A stretch of DNA of 64,000 nt, from positions 1 to 64,000 of IMG/VR virus record IMGVR_UViG_3300044609_000595. One strand, given 5' to 3'. Shown piece after piece: positions 37,638-45,814 of this stretch; the stretch's first letter is position 1; the number at the start of each line of letters is the position of its first letter. The position numbers and the translations under genes are program-made. The notes below the pieces were generated by a model. The model ran no database searches. It was not told where the DNA came from and saw only the letters and a list, made by a program, of their open reading frames with translations. The DNA comes from a virus.

Positions 37638-38294
37638 ATGAAGATCTTTTTAGATACAGCAGATGTTTCAATGATTAGTCCAGCATACGAGACTGGATTA
37701 TTAGATGGAGTCACCACAAATCCTACTTTAATTCTTAGAAGTGGTAGGCAACTCTTAGAAGTTATTGATGAAATTTCAAATATATTTCCAGATTTACAAA
37801 GCATTTCTGCAGAGGTTGTTGCAGATACTGCCGAAGAAATGCTTTCACAAGCACAACAATATTATTCAATCGCACCCGCAGTTACAATTAAAGTTCCTTG
37901 TACCGTAGAAGGACTTAAGACTTGTAAGTTTCTCACTGACAAAGGAATTCAAGTTAATGTAACTCTTGTGTTCTCAGTATCTCAGGCAATCCTTGCATCT
38001 AAGGCAGGAGCAACATTCATCTCACCATTCGTTGGTCGTTGGATGGACAATTCTGTAGATGGAATTGAACTTATCAAGAACATTCGTAAGGCATTTGATT
38101 ACTCTGGAACATCTACACAAATTCTTGCAGCATCTCTTCGTGATATAAGACAGGTAGAACAATCTGCCCTCTGTGGTGCTGATGTAGTCACAATTCCTCC
38201 AGTTGTCTTCTGGGCAATGTATAAGAACATTATGACTGATAAGGGTCTGGAACTCTTTCAGAAAGATTGGAATTCAGTTTTAGATAACAAATAA
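37638..38294 (+). CDS. talC: Transaldolase (TalC family)
   Basis: MKIFLDTAD, GVTTNPTL, IKVP and SPFVGR. Confidence 0.96.
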   Translation: MKIFLDTADVSMISPAYETGLLDGVTTNPTLILRSGRQLLEVIDEISNIFPDLQSISAEVVADTAEEMLSQAQQYYSIAPAVTIKVPCTVEGLKTCKFLTDKGIQVNVTLVFSVSQAILASKAGATFISPFVGRWMDNSVDGIELIKNIRKAFDYSGTSTQILAASLRDIRQVEQSALCGADVVTIPPVVFWAMYKNIMTDKGLELFQKDWNSVLDNK

Positions 38295-38500
38295 TGAAAT
38301 CTCAAGATCAGTGTTGGCATTTTGTGATGTCATCATTCTCCAGATTGTATGGTGTTAAGAGAGTTATGAGTGAACAAAAGTTTCATGAAATTGCTCTACA
38401 ATGGTGTGATGATCACAATTATGTTTGTGACATTCACTTAGATAGTTTGGCAAAAGTGGATACCTATTTTAGAAAAATTTACGAGGATTGGGAAAAATGA
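38294..38500 (+). CDS. Hypothetical protein
   Basis: 68-aa ORF coupled to talC and gnd. Confidence 0.65.
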   Translation: MKSQDQCWHFVMSSFSRLYGVKRVMSEQKFHEIALQWCDDHNYVCDIHLDSLAKVDTYFRKIYEDWEK

Positions 38501-39531
38501 AAGTTGGATTGATTGGACTAGGACGAATGGGCGAAGGAATGTCTCGTCGTATGATGAAGGCAGGAATAGAAGTCTGGGGTTATCGTAGGAATTATGAGAA
38601 GGCAAGTGAAGCATATGAGAAAGGATATGTCGATGGAGTTGCAACTACTATCGAAAATCTTGTGAAAATAGTTAAACAAAAAATAAATGGTGGTGATCAA
38701 CCAGGAATTTTTCAGATGGTTGTACCTGCTGAAACTGTAGAGGAGACGATTAATGAACTACTACGATATTGTAGTGAAGGAGATATTATTATTGATCATG
38801 GCAATAGCAATTTTAAGGACAGTCGGAAGAGAGCAGAACGTCTGGCAAAACTGGGTATCCAATATATTGATTGTGGCACTAGCGGTGGTGTTTATGGTTT
38901 GGATCGTGGATACTGTCTTATGGTTGGAGGTGGAGATACTGCAGTCGCCACTTGTTCGAGCATTTTTAATGCCCTCTCCCCAGGAATTGACGCTGCCCCC
39001 AGGACTCAATTTGACTCAGACATAACTTCTGCCGAATATGGATGGTTGCATTGTGGTGGTCCAGGTGCAGGACACTTTGTGAAGATGGTTCACAATGGCA
39101 TTGAATATGGCATGATGCAAGCATACGCAGAAGGATTTAACATCATCAAGAACGCTAACGCAGGGGCTCAATATGTCAGAGAAGGTGATGCTGAAGTTGC
39201 TCCAATGGCAGACCCAGAATCCTATTGCTATGATATTGACGTTGCTGAGGTTGCTGAGTTATGGCGTCGTGGTAGCGTGGTTGGGTCTTGGTTACTCGAT
39301 CTTACTGCTGATGTGTTACGCAGGGATGGTCAGCTTAAACAGTTCTCTGGAGGCGTATCCGATAGCGGTGAGGGTCGTTGGACTGTTTCTGCCGCTGTGG
39401 ATCTGGGGGTTCCCGCTCCTGTCATTACTACTGCCTTATTTGAAAGATTTAATTCACGCAATCTCGGATCGTTCGGAGCAAAAATCCTGAACGGAATGCG
39501 TTACATGTTTGGGGGACACCACGTAAGATAA
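38497..39531 (+). CDS. gnd: 6-phosphogluconate dehydrogenase (short type)
   Basis: GLGRMG, DCGTSGG, GHFVKMVHNGIEY and DSGEGRW. Confidence 0.96.
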   Translation: MKVGLIGLGRMGEGMSRRMMKAGIEVWGYRRNYEKASEAYEKGYVDGVATTIENLVKIVKQKINGGDQPGIFQMVVPAETVEETINELLRYCSEGDIIIDHGNSNFKDSRKRAERLAKLGIQYIDCGTSGGVYGLDRGYCLMVGGGDTAVATCSSIFNALSPGIDAAPRTQFDSDITSAEYGWLHCGGPGAGHFVKMVHNGIEYGMMQAYAEGFNIIKNANAGAQYVREGDAEVAPMADPESYCYDIDVAEVAELWRRGSVVGSWLLDLTADVLRRDGQLKQFSGGVSDSGEGRWTVSAAVDLGVPAPVITTALFERFNSRNLGSFGAKILNGMRYMFGGHHVR

Positions 39532-39701
39532 TTTAACAATGTCTGTCATGGATCCCTGACAGGCATATGCCAATACTACATATAGGTGCTGCAGAGTGCC
39601 GTAGAAACCTTGTCGTATATACAGATACCTGCTATACTATATTGAAGACAAGGGCAGCAGCTTAGCACCCAGCGTCTTTATGCTGTACACATTAAAAAAC
39701 T

Positions 39702-40169
39702 ATGAAACCCTTTTCATATTATCAAACGACATCGGTATCAATTCCGAACAAAGATAATTACATGACAATATACTATTACAAAAAAGGAGTAATGGTAGGA
39801 ATGAAAAGACAATTTGATGTTGATTTTGAACCACCAAAAGGATGCGTTGAAGAAAAGGTTTTAGATGAACTTTCTTATAATGCTCATCTGAAACATTATC
39901 ATGAAGAAAATGTTAGATTGCAGAATGAGTTTCGTAGAGATCTCATTTCAAAATATGGTATAGCAAATCATCCAAAAGCAGATAAGATTTTTGAAAAAGC
40001 ATGGGAACTTTCAAGTGGAACTAACTTGAGAGAAGTTGAAGATTATTTTATTAGTCTTGTAGAACTTATCACAACCAACAATGATTTAATTATTGGGGAA
40101 GATACTATTAGTTTCGAAACCAATAGTATCTCCTTTGACAATGTAACTGGAATGCCAATTTTTAACTGA
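39702..40169 (+). CDS. Hypothetical protein
   Basis: 155-aa ORF. Confidence 0.65.
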   Translation: MKPFSYYQTTSVSIPNKDNYMTIYYYKKGVMVGMKRQFDVDFEPPKGCVEEKVLDELSYNAHLKHYHEENVRLQNEFRRDLISKYGIANHPKADKIFEKAWELSSGTNLREVEDYFISLVELITTNNDLIIGEDTISFETNSISFDNVTGMPIFN

Positions 40170-40177
40170 TTGAAATT

Positions 40178-40465
40178 ATGTCACTAACTATTGAACAAAT
40201 TGAAGAACAGATTGCTAATCTACAGCAAACTTTAGAACAACTAAAGAATCCTAAACTAGAAGTTGCTCGCCACTTTTCTGGGCAATACTTTGCTCCTTAT
40301 CAAGGTAGACTTTATAGGCGAATGGAATCTGAAGGTATACCCATCTGGGAAACGTACCTTGATATTAAAAAGGAATGGGTTCTTGCCGAGACAAAAGAAT
40401 CCAAAAATCTTGAGAAGACTTATCAACAAGATTGTATTGTAGCTGAAGAAATTATAGAAGAATAA
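40178..40465 (+). CDS. Hypothetical protein
   Basis: 95-aa ORF with N-terminal coiled coil. Confidence 0.65.
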   Translation: MSLTIEQIEEQIANLQQTLEQLKNPKLEVARHFSGQYFAPYQGRLYRRMESEGIPIWETYLDIKKEWVLAETKESKNLEKTYQQDCIVAEEIIEE

Positions 40466-40494
40466 AAAAATAGGGGGCTTTATGCCCCCTTTAT
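40464..40494. terminator. Bidirectional terminator between convergent genes
   Basis: A-run, then AGGGGGC/GCCCCCT stem, then T-run. Confidence 0.75.
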
Positions 40495-40916
40495 TATTTG
40501 GGTTCCTCTGCAGGAACATACTTATGTTGTATTTTATATCCCATTTCACTTGGCGTCCACCATCCAGATGCTAGAGTAGATATTGAAGTTGCTAAAATTG
40601 CTGATGCTATACCAACACCAACAATCATCCATTTAATTCTGGAAACATCTTCAATTTTTTTCTCTACCAATTCCATTTTTTTATTGACAGAATCTCTCAC
40701 TTCATCAATCATTTTAATAATCAATTCATTAGCTTGTGCGGCATGGTCTAATCTATTTTCATGTCGTTCAAGAATGATAGAAACTGTGTGATTACTTTCG
40801 GTAATCCTATCCACAGCTTTCTCCAACTTGTACAACATTTCTTTAGTTAGATTTTCATAAAATTGAAATTTAGATTCAAGAACTGCAATTTGTCTATTGG
40901 TTATACCAAACCCCAT
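40494..40916 (-). CDS. Coiled-coil protein with C-terminal TM helix (paralog of 17401..17835)
   Basis: VLESK...EML.KLE.AVD.I.ESN shared with the paralog; GGAG RBS. Confidence 0.8.
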   Translation of the reverse strand: MGFGITNRQIAVLESKFQFYENLTKEMLYKLEKAVDRITESNHTVSIILERHENRLDHAAQANELIIKMIDEVRDSVNKKMELVEKKIEDVSRIKWMIVGVGIASAILATSISTLASGWWTPSEMGYKIQHKYVPAEEPK

Positions 40917-40933
40917 AGTAGTTATCTCCCTGG

Positions 40934-41221
40934 TTAATTGGAAATAATAACTTGGGATGATACATTTAACATATTTTGTTCAATAATTTTTGGCTCAGAT
41001 GAATTATCTGGTGCGGGAGACATTGATTGATAAATGTCAGAATCCTGAATTACATCACTCATATCTCCGTAGTTAATAATGCTTTGATCAACTTCTGCAA
41101 GTTGACTATCAACTATATTTTGTTGGTAATTATAATAGGGATTATAATATCTTCTATAATAATAGGGATCTAGATTGTAATATCTCCTATAGTAGGGATA
41201 TGGTTGGTATCTGTAATACAT
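40934..41221 (-). CDS. Protein with Tyr/Arg/Pro-rich N-terminus and acidic C-terminus
   Basis: MYYRYQPYPYYRRYYNLDPYYYRRYYNPYYNY; AGGAG RBS. Confidence 0.8.
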   Translation of the reverse strand: MYYRYQPYPYYRRYYNLDPYYYRRYYNPYYNYQQNIVDSQLAEVDQSIINYGDMSDVIQDSDIYQSMSPAPDNSSEPKIIEQNMLNVSSQVIISN

Positions 41222-41235
41222 TCTGAATCTCCTAC

Positions 41236-41370
41236 TTAGTAACGATAGTAAGGATAATACGAGTCATAAGGGCAATATCTATCATAATAAGGGTAACACC
41301 CATAGCCGTAAGGGCTGTAGTAGTCATAATATCTCCTGTGGTAATAGGGGTAGTATCGTGGATAGTACAT
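41236..41370 (-). CDS. 44-aa peptide, 50% tyrosine
   Basis: Manual translation MYYPRYYPYYHRRYYDYYSPYGYGCYPYYDRYCPYDSYYPYYRY; AGGAG RBS. Confidence 0.8.
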   Translation of the reverse strand: MYYPRYYPYYHRRYYDYYSPYGYGCYPYYDRYCPYDSYYPYYRY

Positions 41371-42115
41371 TTGGTTCTCCTGTTTGGTTTGCTATATCAA
41401 AAGTCCAAATGTCGTATCCTTCCTGTCTAATATAATCGAAAGGAATCCAACAGTATCCGTTGTTTCCCCAAGTAGTTCCAAAACTATTCTTTGCTAAGAA
41501 TAATCTTTTTTCTAAATCATAACCAACCATGCACATAGCATGACCACCAAGACTTTTTTCTTTCCTTCCTGGAAAGTTTACAGTAGAAATACGCTCATTC
41601 AGATCCATAAAACTATCATAAATTTCCATTCCGAATACAACTGGTTTGTTATTATTCAGCACTTGAGTAATATAATAAATGCTAATAAGTTTTTGATACT
41701 TGAGTATTTTTCTTTTTTTAGCATTCGCATAACATTCGTCAGTTGGACGATCATCAAATTTTTCTAAATCATATGGCCATAATGATTCCTCACACACCCC
41801 AAATTTTGCTAACGATTTCAGACCATCTCGTAAAAAGATACCGTTATCTATTTGAATATCTCCATATTCAGCACGGGTGTTGTAATAAATAAACAACCTA
41901 CTGAGGTGGGTGAAGTATTCTGGATACAAACGATTAACACATAATTCATATGCATTTGTAATAGCGTTAGCAGAACAACTGCCTAATGAATCTTGCGATT
42001 CAACATCAGAATCCCACTCACGGAGGTCTACAGATTCTCTGAGAACTTTAGTGCTATCGTTTCTATAAATGTAATCTCTATTATCTTGACGAGATGGTTT
42101 GATATTAAAGTTCAT
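41324..42115 (-). CDS. Papain-family (C1) cysteine protease
   Basis: QDSLGSC, GGHAMCMVGY and KNSFG catalytic motifs; no signal peptide. Confidence 0.9.
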   Translation of the reverse strand: MNFNIKPSRQDNRDYIYRNDSTKVLRESVDLREWDSDVESQDSLGSCSANAITNAYELCVNRLYPEYFTHLSRLFIYYNTRAEYGDIQIDNGIFLRDGLKSLAKFGVCEESLWPYDLEKFDDRPTDECYANAKKRKILKYQKLISIYYITQVLNNNKPVVFGMEIYDSFMDLNERISTVNFPGRKEKSLGGHAMCMVGYDLEKRLFLAKNSFGTTWGNNGYCWIPFDYIRQEGYDIWTFDIANQTGEPNVLSTILPLLPQEIL

Positions 42116-42124
42116 GATTCTAAA

Positions 42125-42736
42125 TTAGATAATTCTCCATTGACCGCCACGAAATACGACGGATACTGATTGATTAGGTACAGAAATAATGTAAGTGTTT
42201 GCGTTGTCAATCTTTTCAGTTCCAGATGGTTTGATAGTAATCTTTCCAGATCCCTGACCATACTCATCTTTGATTGTATAGACACGACCAGTAACGCCAA
42301 TTGGTAGTGTGATCGTGACTGCTGCTCCACTATAGACACCGATGTATTCATCATCGGCAGTAGCTGTATAAGAACCAGTAACTCCAATGGTAGCAATTAA
42401 ATCTGCACCAGAAGATGATACAGTAATGTTACCAGTAGAACCAGAAAGACTAATACCACTGCCAGCAGTTAAAGAAAGAACACCAGTGTTGGAAATGGTG
42501 AATGATGTATCATTACCTGTAGTAACAACATCAGTCAACTGAATACCATCACCAGAAGAAGGTGTTACTGAGGTGACAGCAACTTCTCCGTTGACGGTAA
42601 CTTGACTGAAAGATACAGAAGCATCTGGAGATACATCTTGTCCTAATGAAATAAATCCATCAAAAACATTAATGAAATCTCCAATTCCAACCACTCCATA
42701 ATCTGTTTTTGATGTAGGTTGTGCTAAGTATGCCAT
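42125..42736 (-). CDS. Fibre-like beta-rich protein
   Basis: GVLSLTAGSGISLS repeats; C-terminal domain YTATADDEYIGV...ITLP...W.II; GGAG RBS. Confidence 0.75.
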   Translation of the reverse strand: MAYLAQPTSKTDYGVVGIGDFINVFDGFISLGQDVSPDASVSFSQVTVNGEVAVTSVTPSSGDGIQLTDVVTTGNDTSFTISNTGVLSLTAGSGISLSGSTGNITVSSSGADLIATIGVTGSYTATADDEYIGVYSGAAVTITLPIGVTGRVYTIKDEYGQGSGKITIKPSGTEKIDNANTYIISVPNQSVSVVFRGGQWRII

Positions 42737-42747
42737 TGTTTACTCCG

Positions 42748-43353
42748 TTAGATGATGTACCAATCTCCACCACGACAAAATAAATTTACCGATTGATAAG
42801 GTACTGTCATTACGTATTTGTCTGTGCCATCGATATAACTACCATCAGAAGTAGTTACAGTTACTTTACGATTTCCTAGTGGCGGACCCATCTCTGCCTT
42901 TACAATGATCTCACAACAGTCGGTACATTCTGAAGGTAACGTAATAGTAACAGGTCCGTCGCTATTGACACCGATGTAGTAATCATCACAAGTAGCAGTA
43001 TAATCAGATGAAACCAAGATGCTTTTGCATTTGCATGAGCACTCTCCTGGTGGTCCCTGCGGTCCTGGTGGACCTTGCTCCCCTGGGGGTCCTGGTATCC
43101 CCTCTCCTGGTGGCCCTGGTGGTCCTGGTGGACCTTGCTCGCCTGGTGGCCCTGGGGGTCCTGGGGGGCATTCATCGGGACAATCATCACCATCAATATT
43201 GATGTTGATATTATCATTACCACCATTGTTAAGTAATTCTGTTATTTCAGAACGAATTGCCTGAATATTACTGAGGAGATTGTTATTACCGCCTCTTTCA
43301 TAATCAGACAACATATTATAAAGATCAATAAGTTTTCTTTCTGCTGAGTCCAT
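42748..43353 (-). CDS. Collagen-like protein with Cys clusters and C-terminal beta domain
   Basis: About 13 Gly-X-Y triplets (mostly GPP) flanked by CPDEC and CSCKC; AAGGAG RBS. Confidence 0.85.
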   Translation of the reverse strand: MDSAERKLIDLYNMLSDYERGGNNNLLSNIQAIRSEITELLNNGGNDNININIDGDDCPDECPPGPPGPPGEQGPPGPPGPPGEGIPGPPGEQGPPGPQGPPGECSCKCKSILVSSDYTATCDDYYIGVNSDGPVTITLPSECTDCCEIIVKAEMGPPLGNRKVTVTTSDGSYIDGTDKYVMTVPYQSVNLFCRGGDWYII

Positions 43354-43367
43354 AGTTATTCTCCTTT

Positions 43368-43396
43368 AAAAAAAGGGGGGAGATAACTCCCCCTTA
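43368..43396 (-). terminator. Internal terminator after the first cassette gene
   Basis: Minus strand reads AAGGGGGAG-TTAT-CTCCCCCC followed by a T-run. Confidence 0.75.
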
Positions 43397-43412
43397 TAAC
43401 TACTGAACTAAA

Positions 43413-44141
43413 TCAGCGAACGTTGTTGCTGGTTGAAGATTGACCAACACCAGCCATGGTTCCAAAGTTAACCATTCCCTGACGGGTTTCTTGTAATTGG
43501 CTTTGGAAAGCATTCAATTGGGAAGCAACTGAAGCAAATTGTGCATTGTTAGCACTACCTACAGCATCCCAGTAACCGTGGCGAAAGTGATTAACATCGG
43601 TATTGCGCTCAATCAGAAGACGATTAAGCTCGTCATTCTTTAGTGATTGAATAAGAGCACGGGTGGCATCACCTTCGTTGGCGATTTCTCTTGCTAGGTC
43701 ATACTTGCTTTCAGCAACTTCCTTGCTGAGTTGTGATTGACCTAAAGCAATTGCGGTGCCAAGTCTTGCTGACTCAAGAGCAGTAGCAGTAGCAGCCTTC
43801 TCAGTAGAGAGAAGAATCTCTGTGCTGAGTTTTTGAGAAGCGAGGTCAGTCTGTGCTCTGAGAGCAGCAAGGTCACGGGAGTTATCAAAATCTCTTGCTT
43901 GCCCAGCAATAAAAAAGTCAGCAGCTCTTTGCTGAATCTTGTCAGCAGCTTCGTCTACCTTGGTTGATACATTAGCACCAGTAACCAAAACTTCACGATT
44001 AATTGCATCGTTGCCAACAGCAACAGCATACTTGGTCTCACCGAAACCGATTGCTTGTTCTCTACGAATATCGGAATGGTCTACAGTATATTCTCTACGT
44101 AAATCTGACCATGGATCAGAATACATTACTTGATCTGCCAT
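43413..44141 (-). CDS. Ala/Gln-rich long alpha-helical (coiled-coil) protein
   Basis: True start MADQVMY with TAAGGAG RBS; EIANEGDATRALIQ segment. Confidence 0.8.
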   Translation of the reverse strand: MADQVMYSDPWSDLRREYTVDHSDIRREQAIGFGETKYAVAVGNDAINREVLVTGANVSTKVDEAADKIQQRAADFFIAGQARDFDNSRDLAALRAQTDLASQKLSTEILLSTEKAATATALESARLGTAIALGQSQLSKEVAESKYDLAREIANEGDATRALIQSLKNDELNRLLIERNTDVNHFRHGYWDAVGSANNAQFASVASQLNAFQSQLQETRQGMVNFGTMAGVGQSSTSNNVR

Positions 44142-44379
44142 TTGTTTTCTCCTTAAGGAAAAGAATGTGTTTGAATAGAGGAGAAAACGATTCAATCCGT
44201 CCATGACATAATGCCAGACGAATCTATCCAACAGACGACTGTAGGTGAATCGTCTGGGATTACTTCTATTTAAAATTGAATCGTAATTCAATTAGAGGTG
44301 AAGGATTAATGAAAGAGCCATTGCTGGAATCTTTTAGTAATACATCTGGTCTCTAACCGAAGGATCTCTCCCCCACGTT

Positions 44380-44387
44380 TATTTATA
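44380..44387 (-). promoter_or_regulatory. T4 late promoter driving the minus-strand cassette
   Basis: Exact TATAAATA on the minus strand, about 240 nt upstream of ATG 44141. Confidence 0.7.
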
Positions 44388-44425
44388 AAAAATGTTTTGT
44401 CGCCAATCGAACAGTTGATGCCCCC

Positions 44426-44454
44426 TTGACAAACCCGAGAAAGCGGCGTACAAT
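44426..44454 (+). promoter_or_regulatory. Sigma70-like early promoter
   Basis: TTGACA N17 TACAAT. Confidence 0.75.
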
Positions 44455-44476
44455 GTCAGAGTAATTTTTGAAACCT

Positions 44477-45145
44477 ATGGCAACCTACAAAATCTGGGTC
44501 AGCTCTGGCGAAGATTCTTTTGCCAGAACATATTTTAATGAGCTTGGGGCAGTCCAATTAACTCAAGAACAAGTCGATAAGTATTTTACTTTTGACGAAG
44601 ATGGTGGAATTGAATTCGACCAAGACCTTCTCTCGGAAGCAACTGAAAAAGAGTACGATGATCCTGAACGTGATATGCCATCATGGGATACCATTACTGA
44701 TGGGTGTCTCTGTTGGGGTCCTGATGTAGATGACCAGAATATTGGTGTCTGTCTGGAAGAAGATGAGGACACTCAAATCTGGGTCAAACCACTTTCTGCT
44801 TTGACTTATTATACAGCAGAAGATATTGAAAATAATGTTCATGCCGAAGAAGATCCTGGCAATGCTATTGCTTGTATTCGATATGAATTAGAAGATTCGG
44901 ATGGCGTGTGGATTGTTTACAATTCATATGAGCGTGGTAGTTACATTGGTGATTTTGAATTGCCTGATGGGGAAGAATTTGATCCGTCCAAATTAGTTGT
45001 TAATCTCACAGAAGTTGCTGAGTCTTGGACTGTGGTGAGTGGCATTGAATACAACGGGGAAGATATCTATTGCGATGGCGATACCATGGGAAAGGGTATT
45101 GATTGGTATGTTTATTACAAAGGAAACCTTTATAACTTTAAATAA
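44477..45145 (+). CDS. Highly acidic hypothetical protein
   Basis: D/E-rich ORF directly after an early promoter. Confidence 0.7.
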   Translation: MATYKIWVSSGEDSFARTYFNELGAVQLTQEQVDKYFTFDEDGGIEFDQDLLSEATEKEYDDPERDMPSWDTITDGCLCWGPDVDDQNIGVCLEEDEDTQIWVKPLSALTYYTAEDIENNVHAEEDPGNAIACIRYELEDSDGVWIVYNSYERGSYIGDFELPDGEEFDPSKLVVNLTEVAESWTVVSGIEYNGEDIYCDGDTMGKGIDWYVYYKGNLYNFK

Positions 45146-45146
45146 T

Positions 45147-45398
45147 ATGAACATTCACATTTACAAAACAATTGGTTGTGGTTACTGCACCAAGGTTATT
45201 GAACTTATGGAACGAGCAGGTATTCCTTATGACTCGACTCTAGTTGGAACTGACATCACCAGAGAAGAATTCAAAGAACTTTATCCAAGAGCATCTGGAT
45301 TTCCTTATGTGATTGTCGATGATGAACCCATTGGTGGTCTTACTGAAACTGTAAAATTATTTGTTGAAAAAGGCTTAGTAAGTTCGAAAAAGAAATGA
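45147..45398 (+). CDS. nrdC: Glutaredoxin
   Basis: CGYC, FPYV and IGG. Confidence 0.9.
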   Translation: MNIHIYKTIGCGYCTKVIELMERAGIPYDSTLVGTDITREEFKELYPRASGFPYVIVDDEPIGGLTETVKLFVEKGLVSSKKK

Positions 45399-45559
45399 GT
45401 AACGATAAAGAAATTGCGATAAATAAAGGTGTGGAGCTAATGCTCAGGAGGGTTAATACTGAACCAAAAACAAATGGTTTTAAGATTAACAAATCTTTTA
45501 CCCTCCACAAAAAACAATTCTTTTTTAATATTGAATTTAGTTGGGGGGACTTAACCTAA
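45395..45559 (+). CDS. Small hypothetical protein (54 aa, INKGVELMLRR)
   Basis: Read manually; ATGA overlap with the glutaredoxin stop. Confidence 0.55.
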   Translation: MSNDKEIAINKGVELMLRRVNTEPKTNGFKINKSFTLHKKQFFFNIEFSWGDLT

Positions 45560-45577
45560 GTCACTCGGAGAATTAAA

Positions 45578-45814
45578 ATGGGATCATCAACAATACTATT
45601 TTTTTCAGCTTGTTTTATGGTTCTATTCATGGTGGTAGGAATTATTGCTGGATGGTTTATTAACGACATTGTATATAATTTCTACAATAAGAATAATTCT
45701 CTTCAACTTCATCCTGAAATGTATGATGATGATGGAATTGTTATTAATGAAGAATTATTATCTGTAAGATTCATTGACGAAGAAGAGGAAGAAGAAGAGG
45801 ATGATTATTATTGA
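45578..45814 (+). CDS. Membrane protein with acidic tail
   Basis: TM helix followed by HPEMYD; GGAG RBS. Confidence 0.75.
   Translation: MGSSTILFFSACFMVLFMVVGIIAGWFINDIVYNFYNKNNSLQLHPEMYDDDGIVINEELLSVRFIDEEEEEEEDDYY

Noticed and set aside
39540-39700. Hairpins in the intergenic region after gnd as an ncRNA
   Set aside because: Only short stems (TGTCTGTCA/TGACAGGCA and AAGAC/GTCTT), compatible with a terminator plus early promoter. Not enough evidence.
43045-43170. GC-rich tandem repeats as a possible CRISPR array or DNA repeat element
   Set aside because: Explained by GPP collagen codons; there is no repeat-spacer architecture.
44142-44291. 50-aa N-terminal extension of ORF 43413..44291
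   Set aside because: A strong TAAGGAG RBS marks ATG 44141. The upstream stretch fits a structured leader better.
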